Shown here: positions 54,541 through 64,000 of the stretch, one piece after another
How positions within the stretch are numbered: position 1 is the first letter of the stretch
Layout: every line of letters begins with the position of its first letter
Assembly: GCA_964552565.1 (NCBI GenBank)
Contig: CAZKGL010000001.1
Coordinates: 754,406-818,405, forward strand
Direction: 5' to 3'
Source: an uncultured Gammaproteobacteria bacterium
Lineage (GTDB): Bacteria > Patescibacteriota > Patescibacteriia > UBA9934
DNA: 64,000 bases
Notes under the pieces: generated by a model
What the model was told of the DNA's origin: nothing
The model's database searches: none
What the model saw: the letters and a program-made list of their open reading frames with translations, nothing else
Program-made: the position numbers and the translations under genes

Positions 54541-55368
54541 TTATGCAACCTTAGCCAAAATCTCATCGACTGCCGGAAGTGGTTTTTCCGGCGTTCCCTG
54601 GATCCCCCAGCAGCGGTCCCGGCCAAAGGTAAACCCGCCGTATTCCTGGAACAGCGCCGCGGCGTGGTCGGATTCCTGCACGAACAAGCGCCGCGTCCCC
54701 TCGACGACGATGCTTTGCGGCGGGGCGTCGTACGCGTCGGCAATGAGGAACGAGACTGCGTCGCGGATAGAGACGTCGTTGCGGTCGGTGCGGACGATGA
54801 CGACCCCGTCCCGCACCTCGCGATGCTCCCATGCCTCCTGCGCGGCTTCTTCGATGCGGGCGCGATCCTTACCCAGCTCCAGCGCAAGCGAGCGGTAGAA
54901 GTCGCGGATGCGTTTGCGCGTCTCGACGTCCGGTATCTCGTTCCGGAGCGCCCAGAGGAACCCGCGGTCGATGATGCCGACCCCGCGAACAAGTACCGGG
55001 TCGAACCCGAGCGTCGCAAGCATCGCCTCGTCGATCCCAAACATCTCGAGGAACTGCTCGAGTGAACTCTTGTCCGTCATGCGGTCGAGCTCGGTGTACC
55101 GGTGGTGGTCGATCACGGCAACGTCATACCCCGCCTCGCGCAACACGCCCTCCGTCTCCGGCCCGGGAATCTCGACAATGACGACGCGGCGTGCCGCCGG
55201 GTTCGCTTTGCGCAGGCGGTCGAGTACCGCGGGTTCGCGCTCGAGCTTTGCCCCGTGCGGCTGGGCGGACACGACCATGGGGATCTTCGCGGCCTCCGCG
55301 ATGCGGACGATCATGAGCGACTCCTCGTCATTTTTTGGCGTCAGCAGGACGAAATCCGAGAATGGCAT
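54541..55368 (-). CDS. Hypothetical protein (275 aa).
   Basis: ORF with coding-like composition, immediately upstream of and co-oriented with ileS. No motif I can name confidently. Confidence 0.4.
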   Translation of the reverse strand: MPFSDFVLLTPKNDEESLMIVRIAEAAKIPMVVSAQPHGAKLEREPAVLDRLRKANPAARRVVIVEIPGPETEGVLREAGYDVAVIDHHRYTELDRMTDKSSLEQFLEMFGIDEAMLATLGFDPVLVRGVGIIDRGFLWALRNEIPDVETRKRIRDFYRSLALELGKDRARIEEAAQEAWEHREVRDGVVIVRTDRNDVSIRDAVSFLIADAYDAPPQSIVVEGTRRLFVQESDHAAALFQEYGGFTFGRDRCWGIQGTPEKPLPAVDEILAKVA

Positions 55369-55376
55369 ACGGCGGT

Positions 55377-58253
55377 TTAGAAACTCACCGTAACATCATG
55401 TTCCGCAACGCGGAAGGTGGCGCAGTGCGGGAGGGCGGTCGACTCGTCCACAAAGGCGATCGATTGCGCGAGCGTCGAGGCCTTGATCTCCTCGCCATGC
55501 TCGTCATACATCGTCCGCACCTCGGGCGATTCCGACCAGATACGAAGGTCGATGCGGTCGCTGATGGTAAGGCCCGCTTCCTTGCGCATCCCGTTCACGC
55601 GGCGGATGACTTCGCGCGTCATGCCTTCGCGGATGAGTTCCGGCGTCAGCGTCAGGTCGAGCTCGACCGCAAGGTCGCCTTTCTCGACCGTCGCCTGTTT
55701 CACGTTCACTTCGTCGAGAATGACCGCGAGCTCCTCGTCGCCGATCGCGCCCGACGGGACGGTAATCGTCATGCCGCCGAGCGCCTGCTTCACGGCTCGA
55801 CCCGATTGCTCGCGGATTTCCATGGCCCGCGACACGATGGCGCGCGCCTCCCCCATCTTCGTGAGCGCGTCCTCGTCCACCGCCTCGGCCTTCGGCCACG
55901 CCATAAGGTGCACCGAGTTCCCCGGCGGAAGCTTCGCCAGCGGCTGGCGGTCGGTCAGCGAGAGGAAGATCGATTCGGCAAGGAACGGCATGAACGGCGC
56001 GAGCATCTTGCTGAACTCGACGAGCACGGTGCGGAGCGTCGCCAGCGCCTCGGCGCGGTCCGGCCCCTCCGTCTTCATGCGGTCGCGGCTGCGGCGGACG
56101 TACCAGGTGGAAAGGTCGGTGACGAACGCCTGCAGGCTGCGCGCCGCGTCCGAGAGGTCGTACGCCTCAAGCGACGCCGTCTCGCGCGCCAGGGTTTCGT
56201 TGAGGCGCGCCATGATCCAGCGATCGAGGACATGCGCCTTCCCGCCCGGCGCCGACCAATCGTCGTGCTCGCGGTACAGCTCGTAGAACGCGTGGACGTT
56301 GCGGAGGATAGTGATGAACTTTTTGCTTACCTCATCGACGCCCGCCTCGCTGAAATTGAGGTTTTCGCCGTTCACGACCGGAGTCGACATGAGGTAGTAC
56401 CGCACCGCGTCAGCGCCGTACTTTTCGATGACGAGGTTCGGGTCCGGGTAGTTCTTCTTCGACTTCGACATCTTCGTTCCGTCCTCGGCGAGGATGGTGC
56501 CGGTCGTCAGGATGTTGTCGACCGCGTGGCGGCCGAAGAGCGCGACCGACATGACGTGCATGACATAAAACCATGCGCGGGTCTGCGCGATGTATTCGGT
56601 GACGAACTGCGCCGGAAACGACGCGTCGAACCGCTCCTTGTTTTCAAACGGCGCATGGATTGCGGCGTACGGCATGCTGCCGGACTCCACCCAGCAGTCG
56701 AAGACCTCCGGAATGCGCTTCCCCTTCTCCGTGCGCGCATCGTCGACCCAGATTTCAATAGGGTCGATGAACTCGCGGTGGTAGTCGGTCAGTACGTCGA
56801 CCTGCGCCGGGTCGACCGCCCACTCCTTCAGCTCGGCAAACGAGCCGAGGATGCGCATCGTCCCCTTCTCCCCGACCCAGACCGGCATCGGCGTGCCCCA
56901 ATAGCGGCTGCGCGAGATGTTCCAGTCCGGCGCAGTCTCCAAGCCCTTCCCAAAACGGCCGTGTTTGAGGTGCGACGGATACCAGTTGATGTGTTCGTTC
57001 TGCGCAACGAGCTCCGGCTTCAACTGTTGCACGTGAATGAACCATGCCGGCACCGCGTTGTAGTACAGCGGCGTCGCGCAGCGGTAGCACATCGGGTAAC
57101 TGTGCGTCATCTTCTCCGCACGCAAAACGAGGGCGCGAGCGGCGAGGTCGTCAATGATCCACTGCTCCGCCTTCTTGTAAAACACCCCCTTGAGCGGCTC
57201 GACGAAGTCGAGGAACCTCCCCTGGTCGTCGAGCGTGGGGACACGCGGAAGATCCAGCTTCTCCGCGAGCTTGTAGTCGTCTTCGCCGAAGATCGCGGCG
57301 GTGTGCACGATGCCCGTACCATCGTCGAGGCTCACGAAGTCCGCCGGCACGACGGAATGCGCCTTCTTCCCCTCGGTCGGCATGAACGTGTACAGCGGCT
57401 CGTATTCCGCGCCGACAAGTTCCGATCCTTTCACGGTCGGGCCGATCTCGCCCTCGCCCTTGAGGACGTCGAGGCGCTTTGCAGCAACCCACAGAAACGC
57501 ATCGCCACGGCGCACCTTGACATAATCGGCCGTGACGTCAACCGCAAGTGCGACGTTACCCGGCAGGGTCCAGGGCGTCGTCGTCCAGGCGACAAAATAC
57601 TCGTTCTCCGTCCCCTTCCGCTTGAACTTCACGTACAGCGAGTTGTCCTCGACGTCCTTGTACGAGTTGTCCATCGCGATCTCAAAGTTCGAGAGCGGCG
57701 TCGCGCAGCGCGGACAGTACAAAATGACGCGGCGGCCTTCGTACACGAGCTCCTTCTCCCACAACGTCTTGAACGCCCACCACACGCTTTCCATGAACGA
57801 GTTGTCCATGGTCTTGTACGAGTGTGCGAAGTCGACCCAGCGCGCGATGCGGCGGATCGTCCCTTCCCACTCCTTGTCAAAACGCAAAATCGCAGCGCGG
57901 CAGGCGGCGTTAAACTTGTCGATGCCCATCTCCTCGATGCCCTTTTTGCCGCCCTTCAGGTCGAGCTCCTTCTCGATCATGTTCTCGATCGGGATCCCGT
58001 GGCAGTCCCAGCCCCAACGGCGCTCGACGCGGTACCCTTTCATGGTCCAAAACCGCGGAACAACGTCCTTAATGACCGACGCGAGCAGGTGGCCGTAGTG
58101 GGGCAGGCCGGTCGCGAACGGCGGGCCGTCGTAAAAGGTGTAGCGCTTGTCCTCCGGCCGTTCCTCGACCGACCGTTCAAACACGCGGTACGTGTCCCAG
58201 TATTCCAAAAGTTCTTTTTCGACCTCGGAGTGACTCTTATGCATATCAGGCAT
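55377..58253 (-). CDS. ileS: Isoleucyl-tRNA synthetase (type 2).
   Basis: 958 aa. HYGH-type (PPFATGLPHYGHL), KMSKS (TKMSKSKKN), CP1 editing domain. The 1119-aa + ORF 55335..58694 is its antisense shadow. Confidence 0.9.
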   Translation of the reverse strand: MPDMHKSHSEVEKELLEYWDTYRVFERSVEERPEDKRYTFYDGPPFATGLPHYGHLLASVIKDVVPRFWTMKGYRVERRWGWDCHGIPIENMIEKELDLKGGKKGIEEMGIDKFNAACRAAILRFDKEWEGTIRRIARWVDFAHSYKTMDNSFMESVWWAFKTLWEKELVYEGRRVILYCPRCATPLSNFEIAMDNSYKDVEDNSLYVKFKRKGTENEYFVAWTTTPWTLPGNVALAVDVTADYVKVRRGDAFLWVAAKRLDVLKGEGEIGPTVKGSELVGAEYEPLYTFMPTEGKKAHSVVPADFVSLDDGTGIVHTAAIFGEDDYKLAEKLDLPRVPTLDDQGRFLDFVEPLKGVFYKKAEQWIIDDLAARALVLRAEKMTHSYPMCYRCATPLYYNAVPAWFIHVQQLKPELVAQNEHINWYPSHLKHGRFGKGLETAPDWNISRSRYWGTPMPVWVGEKGTMRILGSFAELKEWAVDPAQVDVLTDYHREFIDPIEIWVDDARTEKGKRIPEVFDCWVESGSMPYAAIHAPFENKERFDASFPAQFVTEYIAQTRAWFYVMHVMSVALFGRHAVDNILTTGTILAEDGTKMSKSKKNYPDPNLVIEKYGADAVRYYLMSTPVVNGENLNFSEAGVDEVSKKFITILRNVHAFYELYREHDDWSAPGGKAHVLDRWIMARLNETLARETASLEAYDLSDAARSLQAFVTDLSTWYVRRSRDRMKTEGPDRAEALATLRTVLVEFSKMLAPFMPFLAESIFLSLTDRQPLAKLPPGNSVHLMAWPKAEAVDEDALTKMGEARAIVSRAMEIREQSGRAVKQALGGMTITVPSGAIGDEELAVILDEVNVKQATVEKGDLAVELDLTLTPELIREGMTREVIRRVNGMRKEAGLTISDRIDLRIWSESPEVRTMYDEHGEEIKASTLAQSIAFVDESTALPHCATFRVAEHDVTVSF

Positions 58254-58284
58254 AGTGAGCGAAGCGTAGTATACTTAGCACGCT

Positions 58285-58737
58285 ATGTCCACCGTCTATC
58301 TCGGCGCCGACCATGCCGGCTTCGACATGAAACAGATCATCCGCGACCACCTCGACAGCCGCGGGGTCATTGTCGAGGACCTCGGCGCGCACGCACTGGA
58401 TCCGCGCGACGATTACCCCGAGTACGCCCGGGCCGTCGCGACCGCGGTGCGCGAGCATCCGGGATCATTCGGCATCCTCGGCTGCGGGAACGCGGAGGGC
58501 GTCATGATCGCCGCAAACAAGTTCGACGGCATCCGCGCCGGCCTCGGGTTCTCCGTCGACGCGGCGGTGACCATGCGCCAAGACGACAACGCGAACGTGC
58601 TGTGCGTCCCAGGACGGATCGCGACCGACGACGACCCGCTCATGATCGTCGACGCGTTCCTCGCCACGGCGTTCTCGAACGGCGAGCGGCATAACCGCCG
58701 CCTCTCTGCCATCACCAAAATCGAAGAACATAATTAG
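58285..58737 (+). CDS. rpiB: Ribose-5-phosphate isomerase B (RpiB/LacAB family).
   Basis: MSTVYLGADHAGFDMK... and GILGCGNAEGVMIAANK conserved RpiB motifs. Confidence 0.85.
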   Translation: MSTVYLGADHAGFDMKQIIRDHLDSRGVIVEDLGAHALDPRDDYPEYARAVATAVREHPGSFGILGCGNAEGVMIAANKFDGIRAGLGFSVDAAVTMRQDDNANVLCVPGRIATDDDPLMIVDAFLATAFSNGERHNRRLSAITKIEEHN

Positions 58738-58904
58738 CACGTCGGGTGACGCCGAGGGAATGTCACGGAGGGACGAGCGGTGCGTCGTTGGGCGGAGGCG
58801 TCTGTGCCCAGTCGTCGGCGAGCAGCGCGAGCCGCCAACGACGTCGCACAGCTGCGCAGCACAACGACGTACCCGAGTCCCGACCGAAACGCACATAACG
58901 ATGC

Positions 58905-59549
58905 ATGCTTATGGAAATCCTCCCCGCCGTACTTGCGCGCGACGCCACGGACTGCAAGGCACGGCTCCTCCATGACGGCCTGCGCCGCGTCGCGCCCATG
59001 TTCCATGTCGACGTCCTCGACGGGAGCATGTTTGACGCGACGTGTTTCGCCGACCCGACCGTCATCGGACAATGGGAGAACCTGCCGGACATCGAGGTGC
59101 ACTTCATGGTGCATAATCCTCTTCCGCACATCGTCGCTTGGCACGAACATGTCGCGACGACAAAACGCGTCCTCATCCATGCCGAGGTCGCCCGCCCGCT
59201 CGGCGCCATCATCGAGCGCGCGACGCAGCTCGGGCTCGAAACCGGCCTCGTCTTGAACCCGGAGACCAAGGTCGAGCGAATCGAGCACCACCTCCACGAC
59301 CTCGACGCGCTCCAACTCATGGGCATCCACCCCGGAGCCAGCGGCCGTCCGTTCCTTGGCGAACCGATCCTTGCAAAAATCCGCCGCGCGCGACAGCTCT
59401 ACCCCAACCTCGTCATCGCCGTCGATGGCGGTGTCGGCCCGTCCACTCTCGGCCCCCTTCGCGAGGCCGGGGCAACGCGGTGCGTCGCGAGCTCGGCGAT
59501 TTGGGCATCGGAAGACCCCGCGGAGGCCTACCGCAATTTGGTATACTAA
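58905..59549 (+). CDS. rpe: Ribulose-phosphate 3-epimerase.
   Basis: HVDVLDGSMF, MGIHPGASGRPF and AVDGGV motifs. A 14-bp inverted repeat (gcgtcgttgggcgg/ccgccaacgacgtc) lies in the rpiB-rpe spacer. Confidence 0.8.
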   Translation: MLMEILPAVLARDATDCKARLLHDGLRRVAPMFHVDVLDGSMFDATCFADPTVIGQWENLPDIEVHFMVHNPLPHIVAWHEHVATTKRVLIHAEVARPLGAIIERATQLGLETGLVLNPETKVERIEHHLHDLDALQLMGIHPGASGRPFLGEPILAKIRRARQLYPNLVIAVDGGVGPSTLGPLREAGATRCVASSAIWASEDPAEAYRNLVY

Positions 59550-59556
59550 GAGGGCT

Positions 59557-60363
59557 ATGTGGCGCTCCTGGTGTTTCCGCATGTTTTTCGCTGCGTTTGT
59601 CGCGTCGAGCGCGGGTGTTTTGGGTGGCGCCGGGTTTACGCCTGCCGTCACGACAGCGGCGGATCCGGGCGACCTCATCCGCGGCCAGAGCTACTCGTCC
59701 GTCTACTACCTCGGCGCCGACGGTCTTCGGTACGTCTTCCCCAACGAAAAGACCTTCTTCACCTGGTACGACGACTTCTCGGACGTCGTCTGGATCTCCG
59801 ACGAGGAGCTTGGCGCGATCCAGATCGGCGGCAACGTGACGTACAAGCCGGGCGTGAAGCTGGTCAAGATCAATACTGACCCAAAAACGTACGCGATTAC
59901 GGAAGGCGGGCTCCTGCACTGGGTCGAAACCGAGGAGCTTGCCGCGGCGCTGTACGGGGACGACTGGCCGTCGGACGTCGACGATATTCCGGACGCGTTC
60001 TTTACGAACTACCACATCGGTCCGTCCATCCGCTCGATTGGCGACTTCATCCCGGAAGAGGCGATTGCCGGCACGACGGACATCAACGACGACAAGGACC
60101 TCGTGTCACCCGCCGTCATCACGATCACCGGCCAGGGCTACTCCCCCATCGACGTGACCATCACCGTCGGACAGAGCGTCCGGTTCGTGAACGGCGACAC
60201 CGTGCAGCACACCGTGACCGCGGACGATCTCCTCTGGGGAAGCGGGACGCTTGCGCCCGGAGCCGAATTCGTACATACTTTTAGCTCAGAGGGTACGTTC
60301 CCTTTCTTTGACAGCTACAATTCGCGCCATACTGGCGCGGTGTACGTGACTGCAAACGACTGA
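59557..60363 (+). CDS. Secreted protein, paralog 1 of a three-gene tandem family. C-terminal cupredoxin-like beta-sandwich lacking Cu-ligand Cys.
   Basis: Signal peptide. Shared N-terminal domain (GDLIRGQSYSSVYYLGADGLRYVFPNEKTFFTWY...IQIGGNVTYKPG..KINTDPKTY). C-terminal VTITVGQSVRFVNGDTVQHTVTADD...GAVYV. Confidence 0.5.
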   Translation: MWRSWCFRMFFAAFVASSAGVLGGAGFTPAVTTAADPGDLIRGQSYSSVYYLGADGLRYVFPNEKTFFTWYDDFSDVVWISDEELGAIQIGGNVTYKPGVKLVKINTDPKTYAITEGGLLHWVETEELAAALYGDDWPSDVDDIPDAFFTNYHIGPSIRSIGDFIPEEAIAGTTDINDDKDLVSPAVITITGQGYSPIDVTITVGQSVRFVNGDTVQHTVTADDLLWGSGTLAPGAEFVHTFSSEGTFPFFDSYNSRHTGAVYVTAND

Positions 60364-60383
60364 AATAATCTTTTTCATTCATT

Positions 60384-61181
60384 ATGCACGCATCGCACCT
60401 CCGTTCGATCGCTATCGGCATGTTCGTCCTTGCCGCTATCGTCGGCCTGAGCGCGTTCGCCGCCATGTCCCAAAAGGCATCGGCCGCAACGAGCATCGAG
60501 GCCGGCGACCTTATCCGCGGCGAGACGTTCTCGGCCGTGTACTACATGGGCGCGGACGGTTTCCGTTATGTCTTCGTGAACGAAAAGACGTTCTTCACCT
60601 GGTACGACAACTTTGACGACGTCGTCTTCATCACCGACGAAGAGCTCGGCCAGATCCAGATCTGCGGGAACGTGACCTACAAGCCGGGTTCGAAGATGAT
60701 CAAGATCAACACCGACCCGAAGGTGTACTACGTCGACGAAGGCGGCAGCCTGTACTGGGTATCGTCGGAGAGCCTGGCGACCGAGATGTACGGCAGCAAC
60801 TGGAACCAACAGATCGACGACGTCCCGGATGGTTTCTTCTCGAACTACACCATCACGGGCGACGAAGCGGTTGCGAGCATGGCCGATGAGTCATTCACCG
60901 ACCACACCATCAACGAGGACAAGGGTCTCGTCGCACCGGAAGAAATCGTCATCGACGCCGACGGCTTCAGCCCGATCGACGTCACGGTCGATGCCGGAGC
61001 AACGGTCCGCTTCACCAACGAGGACAGCGAGCGCCACACGGCGACCGCGGACGACGGCAGCTGGGGTACCGGCACCATCCTCCCGGGCGGGACGTTCGTC
61101 GTCCGCTTCGAAGAGGCCGGCACCTACACCTTCTACGACGGCTACGACAACAGCAACACCGGCGCGGTCTACGTGGAGTAG
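60384..61181 (+). CDS. Secreted protein, paralog 2 of the tandem family.
   Basis: Same domain order as 59557..60363 (GDLIRGETFSAVYYMGADGFRYVFVNEKTFFTWY...; ...TVRFTNEDSERHTATADDGSWGTGT...GAVYVE). Confidence 0.5.
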   Translation: MHASHLRSIAIGMFVLAAIVGLSAFAAMSQKASAATSIEAGDLIRGETFSAVYYMGADGFRYVFVNEKTFFTWYDNFDDVVFITDEELGQIQICGNVTYKPGSKMIKINTDPKVYYVDEGGSLYWVSSESLATEMYGSNWNQQIDDVPDGFFSNYTITGDEAVASMADESFTDHTINEDKGLVAPEEIVIDADGFSPIDVTVDAGATVRFTNEDSERHTATADDGSWGTGTILPGGTFVVRFEEAGTYTFYDGYDNSNTGAVYVE

Positions 61182-61324
61182 ATTGGCGCGGATGTGAAAA
61201 GGCGGGGCTTCCATGCCCCGCCTTTTGCTTTGCTCAGCAGTATTTTCTTATTTTGTAAACTATAACTTGACACTATTTTCCTCGAACATTAGGGTTAGCG
61301 GGTTAGTCTTTACCCGTTCCCCGT

Positions 61325-62308
61325 ATGCAACCCACCCAGGCGAATCGTCCGCTTACCGCGCGCGTCGCCGAACGTATCGGCGTTTTGCGCTGGAAGCTTT
61401 GGAAAAAGGCGGTGATGCCCAGAAAGCCGGCGCTCCGCCGACCCGCCGATACTCCGCGACTGACGCGCATCTATGCCTGGCGGCAGTCGAAGGCCCCCGC
61501 GGGCCGCGCACGGCCGCAGACCATCGTCGCGGCGGTAGCCATTTTCTCCCTCCTCCTTCCCGGCATCCTGACACCGCCCCCGGCGCATGCGCAGTTGGAT
61601 GTCGCGGCCGGCTCGCTTATCCGCGGCCAGACGTTCTCCGCCGTGTATTACCTGGGCGCAGACGGCCTCCGCTACGTCTTTCCCAGCGAAAAGACCTACT
61701 TCACCTGGTACGCGAACTTCAATGACGTGCAGTGGCTGACCGACGCGGAGCTTGGGAAAATCCAGATTGGCGGCAACGTGACGTACAAGCCGGGCGCCAA
61801 ACTCGTCAAAATCAACTCAGATCCGAAAACATATGCCGTCGGCCAGAACGGCGAGCTCCGCTGGGTAACGAGCGAGGAGATCGCGGTAAGCCTCTACGGT
61901 AGTACCTGGAATACGACAAAGACCGACGATATCCCGGACGCATTCTTCTCCAATTACACGGTCGGCGAACCGATCATGGGCGCCGACGAGTACTCGGTGA
62001 CCGAGGAACTCGTGAACGCGACGTCGATCAACGACGACAAAGAACTGACGTCGTATAGTACGGTCGTCATTACCGACGACGGCGTGGACGGCGACAGCGG
62101 CTCGGAAACGACAATCAACGAGGGCGAGACCGTCCTCTTCGTGAATAGCGGGACGACCGCGCACACGGCGACCGCGGACGACGGCAGCTGGGGAACCGGC
62201 ACCCTGAACCCTGGCGACTTCTACGTCCGTCGCTTCAACGACCAGGGCGTCTATGACTTTTATGACAGCTATGATGACTCCATCACCGGAAGTATTGTGG
62301 TCGAATAA
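61325..62308 (+). CDS. Secreted protein, paralog 3 of the tandem family, with its own promoter and a longer N-terminal leader.
   Basis: Preceded by the terminator ggcggggc-ttccat-gccccgcctttt and the promoter TTGACA-N17-TAGGGT. GSLIRGQTFSAVYYLGADGLRYVFPSEKTYFTWY... Confidence 0.5.
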   Translation: MQPTQANRPLTARVAERIGVLRWKLWKKAVMPRKPALRRPADTPRLTRIYAWRQSKAPAGRARPQTIVAAVAIFSLLLPGILTPPPAHAQLDVAAGSLIRGQTFSAVYYLGADGLRYVFPSEKTYFTWYANFNDVQWLTDAELGKIQIGGNVTYKPGAKLVKINSDPKTYAVGQNGELRWVTSEEIAVSLYGSTWNTTKTDDIPDAFFSNYTVGEPIMGADEYSVTEELVNATSINDDKELTSYSTVVITDDGVDGDSGSETTINEGETVLFVNSGTTAHTATADDGSWGTGTLNPGDFYVRRFNDQGVYDFYDSYDDSITGSIVVE

Positions 62309-62467
62309 CACGTAGGCCACACAACAACGCAAAAGAGCAACCACCCTGAGGCGAATGCCGAAGGGTCCCGCAGCAAGTCGAACTGGCTGCAGGACCCCTC
62401 CTCGCGTCGGGGTGGTTTCGTTTTTGGTAACCGCAAGTGTTATACTTTCGATAATTCATTTTTCTTT

Positions 62468-62872
62468 ATGCGCTTCCGCAATCTGAAAGCGGTCCATTGG
62501 ATCATTTTCGCGCTCGCGTTCTGGATCATCATCGGCCCATTTGTCGCCGACGACATCCTCCGCCTGTTCCTCGATGGGGACGTGCTCGACGAGATCGGCG
62601 TCATCTCCCTCCTGCGCTGGGACGACTTTTTCATCGGACTTGCCATCAGCGTCCTGGCGCTCGTCGTCGTGTCGCTCGAGCAACCGAGCATCAAAACCGC
62701 GGGCCTGCGCGCCATGCACTGGCTCCAGGTCGGCCTCGGCGCATGGATCGCCACCGCCCCGTTCGCGCTCGACTTCACGTACGCACAATTCACCTGGTCG
62801 CACTTTGTGACCGGTTTCTTCGTCGCCATTTTCGCCCTCATCCAACTAAACTTGGAGGACGCGAAGCATTAA
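62468..62872 (+). CDS. SPW-repeat membrane protein.
   Basis: Two SPW-type repeats (HWIIFALAFWIIIGPFVAD; HWLQVGLGAWIATAPFALDF) in a 4-TM protein. Confidence 0.6.
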   Translation: MRFRNLKAVHWIIFALAFWIIIGPFVADDILRLFLDGDVLDEIGVISLLRWDDFFIGLAISVLALVVVSLEQPSIKTAGLRAMHWLQVGLGAWIATAPFALDFTYAQFTWSHFVTGFFVAIFALIQLNLEDAKH

Positions 62873-62875
62873 GAC

Positions 62876-62970
62876 GGCCGGGTGACGCCGAGCAGGTCCC
62901 CTGCTTGGGCGCGCAGACGAGTCCGACGAGTCGAGCACCCAACAGGGTGCGAAGGCGGCAGGACCCGGCC
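62876..62970. repeat. R2 palindromic element, copy 2.
   Basis: ggccgggtgacgccgagcaggtcccctgcttggg...agcacccaacagggtgcgaaggcggcaggacccggcc; about 90% identical to the copy at 6796..6882. Confidence 0.7.
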
Positions 62971-62983
62971 TCATGAACACTCT

Positions 62984-63868
62984 ATGCCCGCAGTACGACG
63001 TGAAGTCCCCTCCCTCACGGAAAAAAAGCTCCTCACCCTCGAGGCAAAGGCGAACGCCATCCGCGAGGACATTTTGACTATGCTCACGACGGCGGGCAGC
63101 GGCCACTCCGCCGGCCCGCTTGGCATGGCGGACATCTTCACGGCGCTGTACTTCCACGTCCTGCACCATGACCCCAAGCGCCCGGCCTGGGCCGAGCGCG
63201 ACCGGCTGTTCTTGAGTAACGGTCATATTGCCCCGGTGCGCTACGTCACCATGGCGCACGCGGGCTATTTCCCCACGTCCGAACTCGCGACGCTGCGCAA
63301 GTTCGGCTCCCGGCTCCAGGGCCACCCCGAAGTCCGCATGCTCCCCGGCCTTGAGAACACCTCGGGGCCGCTCGGCGACGGCTCGTCGCAGGCTGCAGGC
63401 GCGGCGTACGCCGCAAAACTCGATAGCGCGGCATGGCACACGTACTGCGTCATGAGCGACGGCGAACTCGAGGCCGGCATCACCTGGGAAGCGGCGCTGT
63501 TCGCAAGCCGCTACCGGCTGAACAATCTCACGTGGATCATCGACCGCAACAACATCCAGATCGACGGCTATACGGAAGACATCATGCCGCTCGAGCCCCT
63601 GCACGAAAAGTTTGCCGCGTTCGGGTTCACGGTCATCGAGATCGACGGCCACAACATCCGCGAGTTCGTCGACGCCTGCGACCGCGCCAAGGCGACGTTT
63701 GAGGCGCCTACGGTCATCATTGCCCACACCATCCCGGGCAAAGGGGTCGATTTCATGGAATTCGAGCCGGCCTGGCATGGAAAGCCGCCAAAGGATAGAG
63801 TGGAACTCAACAAGGCGCTCCGCGAATTGCGGACCCTTGGGGGGAAAATCGAATCAGAAATTGAATAA
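62984..63868 (+). CDS. tktA: Transketolase, N-terminal subunit (split transketolase, TPP-binding pyrimidine domain).
   Basis: LEAKANAIREDILTMLTTAGSGHSAGPLGMADIFTALYFHVL and GPLGDGSSQAAGAAYAAK...MSDGELEAG. Start chosen after the R2 repeat; the track ORF starts at 62882, inside the repeat. Confidence 0.8.
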   Translation: MPAVRREVPSLTEKKLLTLEAKANAIREDILTMLTTAGSGHSAGPLGMADIFTALYFHVLHHDPKRPAWAERDRLFLSNGHIAPVRYVTMAHAGYFPTSELATLRKFGSRLQGHPEVRMLPGLENTSGPLGDGSSQAAGAAYAAKLDSAAWHTYCVMSDGELEAGITWEAALFASRYRLNNLTWIIDRNNIQIDGYTEDIMPLEPLHEKFAAFGFTVIEIDGHNIREFVDACDRAKATFEAPTVIIAHTIPGKGVDFMEFEPAWHGKPPKDRVELNKALRELRTLGGKIESEIE

Positions 63869-63878
63869 CCCATCCTTA

Positions 63879-64000
63879 TGCAGCGTCAGCACGCTATTGC
63901 GCTCGGTGTCGTCATCCTCGCGGTCCTGTTCGTCATTTTGTCAGGAGACAGCCGATCGAGCGTCTTCATGATGCGTGACAGCCTCGGTGTGACGGGGTCT
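63879..64000 (+). CDS. Start of a membrane protein (partial, truncated by the window end). It is not the expected transketolase C-terminal subunit by sequence.
   Basis: ATG then MQRQHAIALGVVILAVLFVILSGDSRSS...; only 40 codons visible. Confidence 0.2.

Overview
This is a GC-rich bacterial chromosomal segment. Most of it is a housekeeping backbone, interrupted by two accessory insertions and several structured-RNA elements.

Backbone: a valS-tyrS-argS operon, ileS, trpS, RNase J, RNase P RNA, secG, rplS, ruvA, rpiB/rpe, a split transketolase, thymidine kinase, a CCA-adding enzyme, DsbA/VKOR redox proteins, tRNA-Val, tRNA-Ile(UAU), tRNA-Leu, and a glycosyltransferase/DUF4012/DUF11 cell-surface polysaccharide locus.

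Most notable accessory element (16.8-20.9 kb): a compositionally foreign, very GC-rich gene for an IS110-family (DEDD RuvC-like + Tnp C-terminal domain) recombinase homolog. It is followed directly, on the same strand, by a roughly 2.35 kb tandem array of about 12 structured repeat units of about 200 nt. Each unit has three hairpins with conserved, co-varying stems, hypervariable loops, GNRA tetraloops and + strand G·U wobble pairs. The array ends in a terminator next to tRNA-Val, whose 3' end is locally duplicated. This looks like a possible array of bridge-RNA-like guide RNAs for a domesticated IS110-type recombinase.

Second accessory island (31.9-38.2 kb): small membrane proteins, four paralogous lipoproteins and two unrelated hypothetical genes. 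Each gene is preceded by the same modular structured leader (terminator-like hairpin, conserved stem enclosing a variable palindrome, RBS).

Other features: a giant repeat-rich secreted protein at the left edge, a phytoene/squalene-synthase–UbiA fusion, two REP-like palindromic repeat families, a tRNA-like gene with a defective anticodon stem, and a 630-bp GC-rich structured non-coding region. Many long ORFs in the six-frame track are antisense shadows of real genes.
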